Below are positions 43,492 to 46,683 of a stretch of 46,683 nucleotides of DNA, in pieces. Source of the DNA: Candidatus Moraniibacteriota bacterium. Lineage in GTDB: Bacteria > Patescibacteriota > Minisyncoccia > Moranbacterales > JBBINP01. The stretch lies in the NCBI GenBank assembly GCA_037443825.1, contig JBBINP010000002.1:1-46683 (forward strand), given 5' to 3'. The notes under the pieces were generated by a model. That model ran no database searches, had not been told where the DNA came from, and saw only the letters and a program-made list of their open reading frames with translations. The position numbers and the translations under genes were made by a program. The first letter of the stretch is position 1; each line of letters opens with the position of its first letter.

Positions 43492-44076
43492 TTATTTAAG
43501 TTTCCAGCCGCAGTTTGGACAAACCAATCCGGCCTCAAAAGTCCTTTTTTGAGCATCAACAACATTTATTTCCAAAATCATCTTTTCATCGCACTCCATG
43601 CACTGGAAATTATCGTTAAGCCCGAGATTTTTTGCCATTTTTTGCGCGTCAAAAGAATATGGATTAAATTCAATTTGATACTTCCCGCTGCCAGAAAAAA
43701 GGATTTTTATTTTTTCAACAACTTGTTTAGGCGAAGTGATGTCGCGGACGATAAAATCGCGGGCGCCAAGCTCAATGGCTCTCCTCTGATCTTCTTCGCG
43801 ACCCAAATGGGAAGAAATAACAATCGGAATGCCTGAAGTGGAAACTATTTTTTTGAGTTCCTGCATCATGGAAAATCCGTCCATGCGCGGCATAATAATT
43901 CCGGTAAAAATGATATCAGGAATATTTTTGGTGGCGATATCCATGCCCTCAATGCCGTCTTTGGCCTCCAAAACGTCAAAATTCGCAAGTCTAAAAACCT
44001 CGGCGTACATTTCTCTGGTCGGATTATCGTCATCTACCAGAAGAATTTTGATTTTTTTTGTCATTTTTACAATCAT
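43492..44076 (-). CDS. response-regulator receiver domain fused to a C-terminal CxxC...CxxC zinc ribbon
   Basis: KILLVDDD...DIIFTGIIMPRMDG...PIVISS is a CheY-like REC domain. The C-terminus FQCMECDEKM...LVCPNCGWKLK is a zinc ribbon. No HTH output domain is visible. An alternative ATG lies at 44064. Confidence 0.75.
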   Translation of the reverse strand: MIVKMTKKIKILLVDDDNPTREMYAEVFRLANFDVLEAKDGIEGMDIATKNIPDIIFTGIIMPRMDGFSMMQELKKIVSTSGIPIVISSHLGREEDQRRAIELGARDFIVRDITSPKQVVEKIKILFSGSGKYQIEFNPYSFDAQKMAKNLGLNDNFQCMECDEKMILEINVVDAQKRTFEAGLVCPNCGWKLK

Positions 44077-44080
44077 TCGA

Positions 44081-44113
44081 ATAAGTCATTTTCTCCCGCG
44101 AGAAAAAACTTAT
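44081..44113 (-). other. stem-loop between the acyl-CoA synthetase stop and the response-regulator start
   Basis: ATAAGT-CA-TTTTCTC-CCGC-GAGAAAA-A-ACTTAT (13 bp with a small internal bulge). No U-tract follows on the minus strand. Confidence 0.4.
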
Positions 44114-44127
44114 CCGCAATTAATTTC

Positions 44128-46197
44128 TTAAATTACCACCTTAATATCGGCGGCCAATGCCGGTCTTTTATTATTATAAATGAAGAGCGGATTAATATCA
44201 AGCTCCCTGATTTCTTTAATTTCCATGGCTAATAGAATCATTTTTTCCGCAATTTTTACGATTTCCGCGAGATTGTGCGGTTTTTGTCCGCGCGTTTTTT
44301 GAAAAAGAAAATTCAAAGAACTGGTCATAATCTTCTTTTCAATTTCCCGGCGCGAAAGCGGCGGAATAAGCAAAACGGATGTCTTAAAAATCTCGGCGTA
44401 TATTCCGCCTAAACCGATTAAAACAGCCGTTTCGGCGGAAGGATCGCGTTTTACGCCCAAAATCAGCTCTGTTTGAATTTTTTGCTCCGACTGAACGATA
44501 ATCCGTTCCCGCGGGAATTTCTTTTTCATTTTGCCGATCGCCGCCAAAAGTTCTTTTTTATTTTGAATATCAAGCGCGACTCCGCCTTTGTCGGTTTTAT
44601 GCAATATTTTATCACTGTCAATTTTCACCACCGCCGGAAAAGAAATTTCCCGCATCCGAACTTCATTTTCAGTCCAAGTCGCGATTGTCTTTATGCCGTA
44701 AAGATTCATGATTTTTTCCCCTTCTTTGAAGAACAACGCTTCACGCCCTTCTTTTTTGGCTGTTTCAATTATTTCTCGCGCTTTTTTCGCGCGCGGCAAA
44801 ATCAGCGCCGTTTTTTCGTTTTTTAAAATCGCGCTTGTTTTTTTGCTTTTTTCCCAGCGCGCGCAATTATCCAACGCCCGAACCGCTTCTTCCGGATATT
44901 CAAAACAAGCGATAAAATTGTTTTCCAATTTTTTTCGCGCCGCCGCCACTTTCCCGCCGCCGACAAAAACAGCCGCTACCGTTTTGTTTTGGTTTTTATT
45001 TTTAAAATCAATAATTGTTTCCGCAATGGCTTCCACCGGAGTTTGATCCTGCGGCGTAAGCGCGCAAATGTAAATACCGATGTTTTCTTTGGACAGCAAT
45101 TCCAACGCTTCGCGATAACGACCTTCCCGCGCGTCTCCCAAAAGATCCACCGGATTTTCCACCGAAGATTCTTTTGATAGCGCGGCGCGAAGACTATTTT
45201 TTGTTTTTTGGGAAAACTCCGCCAAAGATATTTTTTTATTCTGAAATTCATCCGCGGTTAAGACGCCAATTCCTCCGGCATTAGTGACGACGGCTGTTTT
45301 GTTGTTTTTGGGCGCGCCGACAAAGGAAACCATACGCAATGAATTGAAGAACTCTCTTAGCGCCACGACGCGGATAACTCCGGCTTTTTCAAAAAGAGCG
45401 TCCGCGATCGCGTCGCTTCCCGCCAAAGCGCCCGTGTGAGAGGAAATGGCTTCTTGCGCTAATTCGCTTTTGCCTGTTTTTAAAATGATAATCGGTTTTT
45501 TTTCAGAAACGCGTCCGGCTGTTTCTAAGAATTTCCGTCCATCCTTAATACCTTCCAAATAAACTCCGATTACTTTCGTGTTTTCGTCTTCAGATAAATA
45601 TTCCAGAATTTCCGACTCGCTTAAAAGCATTTTATTGCCGACAGAAATAATTTTTGAAAATCCGATATTTTTTTCACGCGCCATATCCATCAGCGCCACC
45701 GCTAACGCTCCGGACTGGGAAATAAAAGCGATATCTCCGGCCGGAGGCATTCCTCCGGCAAAAGAGGCGTTAAGTTTGATTTTCGGAACAATAAAACCGA
45801 GGCAATTCGGACCAAGCACGTTCAGGTTTTTTTCTTGGGACAACTTTAAAATATTTTCTTCGCGTTCCCGCCCTTCTTTTCCTGTTTCCGAAAATCCGGC
45901 TGAAATAATCACAAAGTTTTTAATTTCGTCTGAACTGTTTTTTATAATTTCAAACACCAAGAAAGACGGGACGGCGATAATCGCTAAATCAATCTTTTCC
46001 GGAATCGCCTCAAGCGAAGAAAAACATGGTTCTCCATAAATTTTTTTTCTTTTGGGATTAACCGGAAAAATCCGTCCGGCATATCCAAGATTCAGAATAT
46101 TTTTGGAAATAACGCTGCCCACACTGCCCGGATCTTCCGAAGCTCCGACAATAGCGATGGATTGGGGATTAAAAAAAGAAAATAATTTTTTGTTCAT
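44128..46197 (-). CDS. ADP-forming acetyl/acyl-CoA synthetase (fused alpha-beta, NDP-forming family)
   Basis: N-terminal CoA-binding region FFNPQSIAIVGASEDPGSVGS...FPVNPK, a succinyl-CoA-ligase-like middle (GPNCLGF, SQSGAL) and a C-terminal ATP-grasp region. Confidence 0.85.
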   Translation of the reverse strand: MNKKLFSFFNPQSIAIVGASEDPGSVGSVISKNILNLGYAGRIFPVNPKRKKIYGEPCFSSLEAIPEKIDLAIIAVPSFLVFEIIKNSSDEIKNFVIISAGFSETGKEGREREENILKLSQEKNLNVLGPNCLGFIVPKIKLNASFAGGMPPAGDIAFISQSGALAVALMDMAREKNIGFSKIISVGNKMLLSESEILEYLSEDENTKVIGVYLEGIKDGRKFLETAGRVSEKKPIIILKTGKSELAQEAISSHTGALAGSDAIADALFEKAGVIRVVALREFFNSLRMVSFVGAPKNNKTAVVTNAGGIGVLTADEFQNKKISLAEFSQKTKNSLRAALSKESSVENPVDLLGDAREGRYREALELLSKENIGIYICALTPQDQTPVEAIAETIIDFKNKNQNKTVAAVFVGGGKVAAARKKLENNFIACFEYPEEAVRALDNCARWEKSKKTSAILKNEKTALILPRAKKAREIIETAKKEGREALFFKEGEKIMNLYGIKTIATWTENEVRMREISFPAVVKIDSDKILHKTDKGGVALDIQNKKELLAAIGKMKKKFPRERIIVQSEQKIQTELILGVKRDPSAETAVLIGLGGIYAEIFKTSVLLIPPLSRREIEKKIMTSSLNFLFQKTRGQKPHNLAEIVKIAEKMILLAMEIKEIRELDINPLFIYNNKRPALAADIKVVI

Positions 46198-46229
46198 GTT
46201 TTAATTATAGCATAAAAAATTTAAATGAT

Positions 46230-46254
46230 AAAACCCCGCAAATAACGGGGTTTT
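46230..46254 (-). terminator. intrinsic terminator after the small ORF at 46287-46487
   Basis: AAAACCCCG-CAAATAA-CGGGGTTTT. On the minus strand the stem is followed by UUUUAUCAUUU. Confidence 0.6.
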
Positions 46255-46286
46255 AACGCATATTCAAGATTTTTCAGAATTTAAGA

Positions 46287-46487
46287 CTAGTCAATTTGAA
46301 ATTTAGCTCCGGATCCGACTGAATAAGGAAATCCGAAACCTCTGATATATTCTTTATCCACGCAACCAAAGATAGCCACGACTCGCGTATAAGTGTCATA
46401 ACACATTTTGGTTTTTTGATTATAATTATACCTGGGATCAATAAATTTTTGAATGCTATCTCCCGGAAAATTATTTCTACCTGTCAT
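46287..46487 (-). CDS. hypothetical 66-aa protein, possibly the remnant of a longer gene
   Basis: ATG ORF with no SD. The frame stays open upstream to 46571 (28 more codons without an ATG), ending just below the IS30-like stop codon. Confidence 0.3.
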   Translation of the reverse strand: MTGRNNFPGDSIQKFIDPRYNYNQKTKMCYDTYTRVVAIFGCVDKEYIRGFGFPYSVGSGAKFQID

Positions 46488-46583
46488 TTTTTTTGAACAA
46501 TATTCAAGAGAACCAGTAAAATGAACAGGTACTAGCGGTTTTAATGAGTTTGATTTTGTAAATTCAAGAATTTATAGCCCCTT

Positions 46584-46682
46584 TTAAGAATTAAGAGCGT
46601 ATACTTCATTAGGTGTTAAATAATTATTGGATTTTCTTGGCCTATTGTTTAATCTTTCCTGTATTTCAAATATATCTCGTTC
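46584..46682 (-). mobile_element. 3' end of an IS30-family (DDE) transposase gene, truncated by the window edge
   Basis: Minus-strand translation is ERDIFEIQERLNNRPRKSNNYLTPNEVYALNS*. The LNNRPRK..(G)Y.TP.E(V/L)(F/Y) tail is characteristic of IS30 transposases (recalled). Confidence 0.6.
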
Positions 46683-46683
46683 G

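Noticed and set aside
1-46683. Alternative genetic code (UGA as Gly, code 25), as used by some CPR lineages.
   Set aside because: Long conserved genes are intact under the standard code. At least one well-supported gene (the GT-C gene at 21922) ends in TGA at the point where the ORF ends naturally.

Overview
The window is AT-rich (roughly 35-40% GC by eye), densely coding, and reads normally under the standard code (TGA is a stop). The gene content looks like a reduced-genome bacterium of the Patescibacteria/CPR type; that assignment is inference only. I saw no rRNA, tRNA or CRISPR array. Housekeeping genes are alaS (compact form), gltX, rpmA, recJ, archaeal-type pyrH, an iscR-iscS-iscU operon, thpR, an M23 peptidase and an ADP-forming acyl-CoA synthetase. 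Three cell-envelope blocks sit among them. (1) A minus-strand operon (2716-10840) encodes a roughly 2,220-aa modular surface protein, a sortase and a small membrane protein. It is preceded by a near-consensus promoter, a GC-rich structured RNA and a strong intrinsic terminator. The giant ORF carries two complete sorting-signal-like cassettes in one reading frame. (2) A glycan island (18938-34703) holds a Wzx-like flippase, a secreted beta-helix protein, five consecutive GT-C (ArnT/PMT-like) membrane glycosyltransferases in three paralog groups, a UPF0104 flippase-like protein, a GT4 enzyme and UDP-glucose dehydrogenase. (3) A GT4-Wzz-GT4 module is tightly coupled downstream of recJ. Both window edges carry transposase 3' ends: IS200/IS605-like on the left and IS30-like on the right. 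All family calls rest on motifs read directly from the translations and on recalled family signatures. No database search was run.
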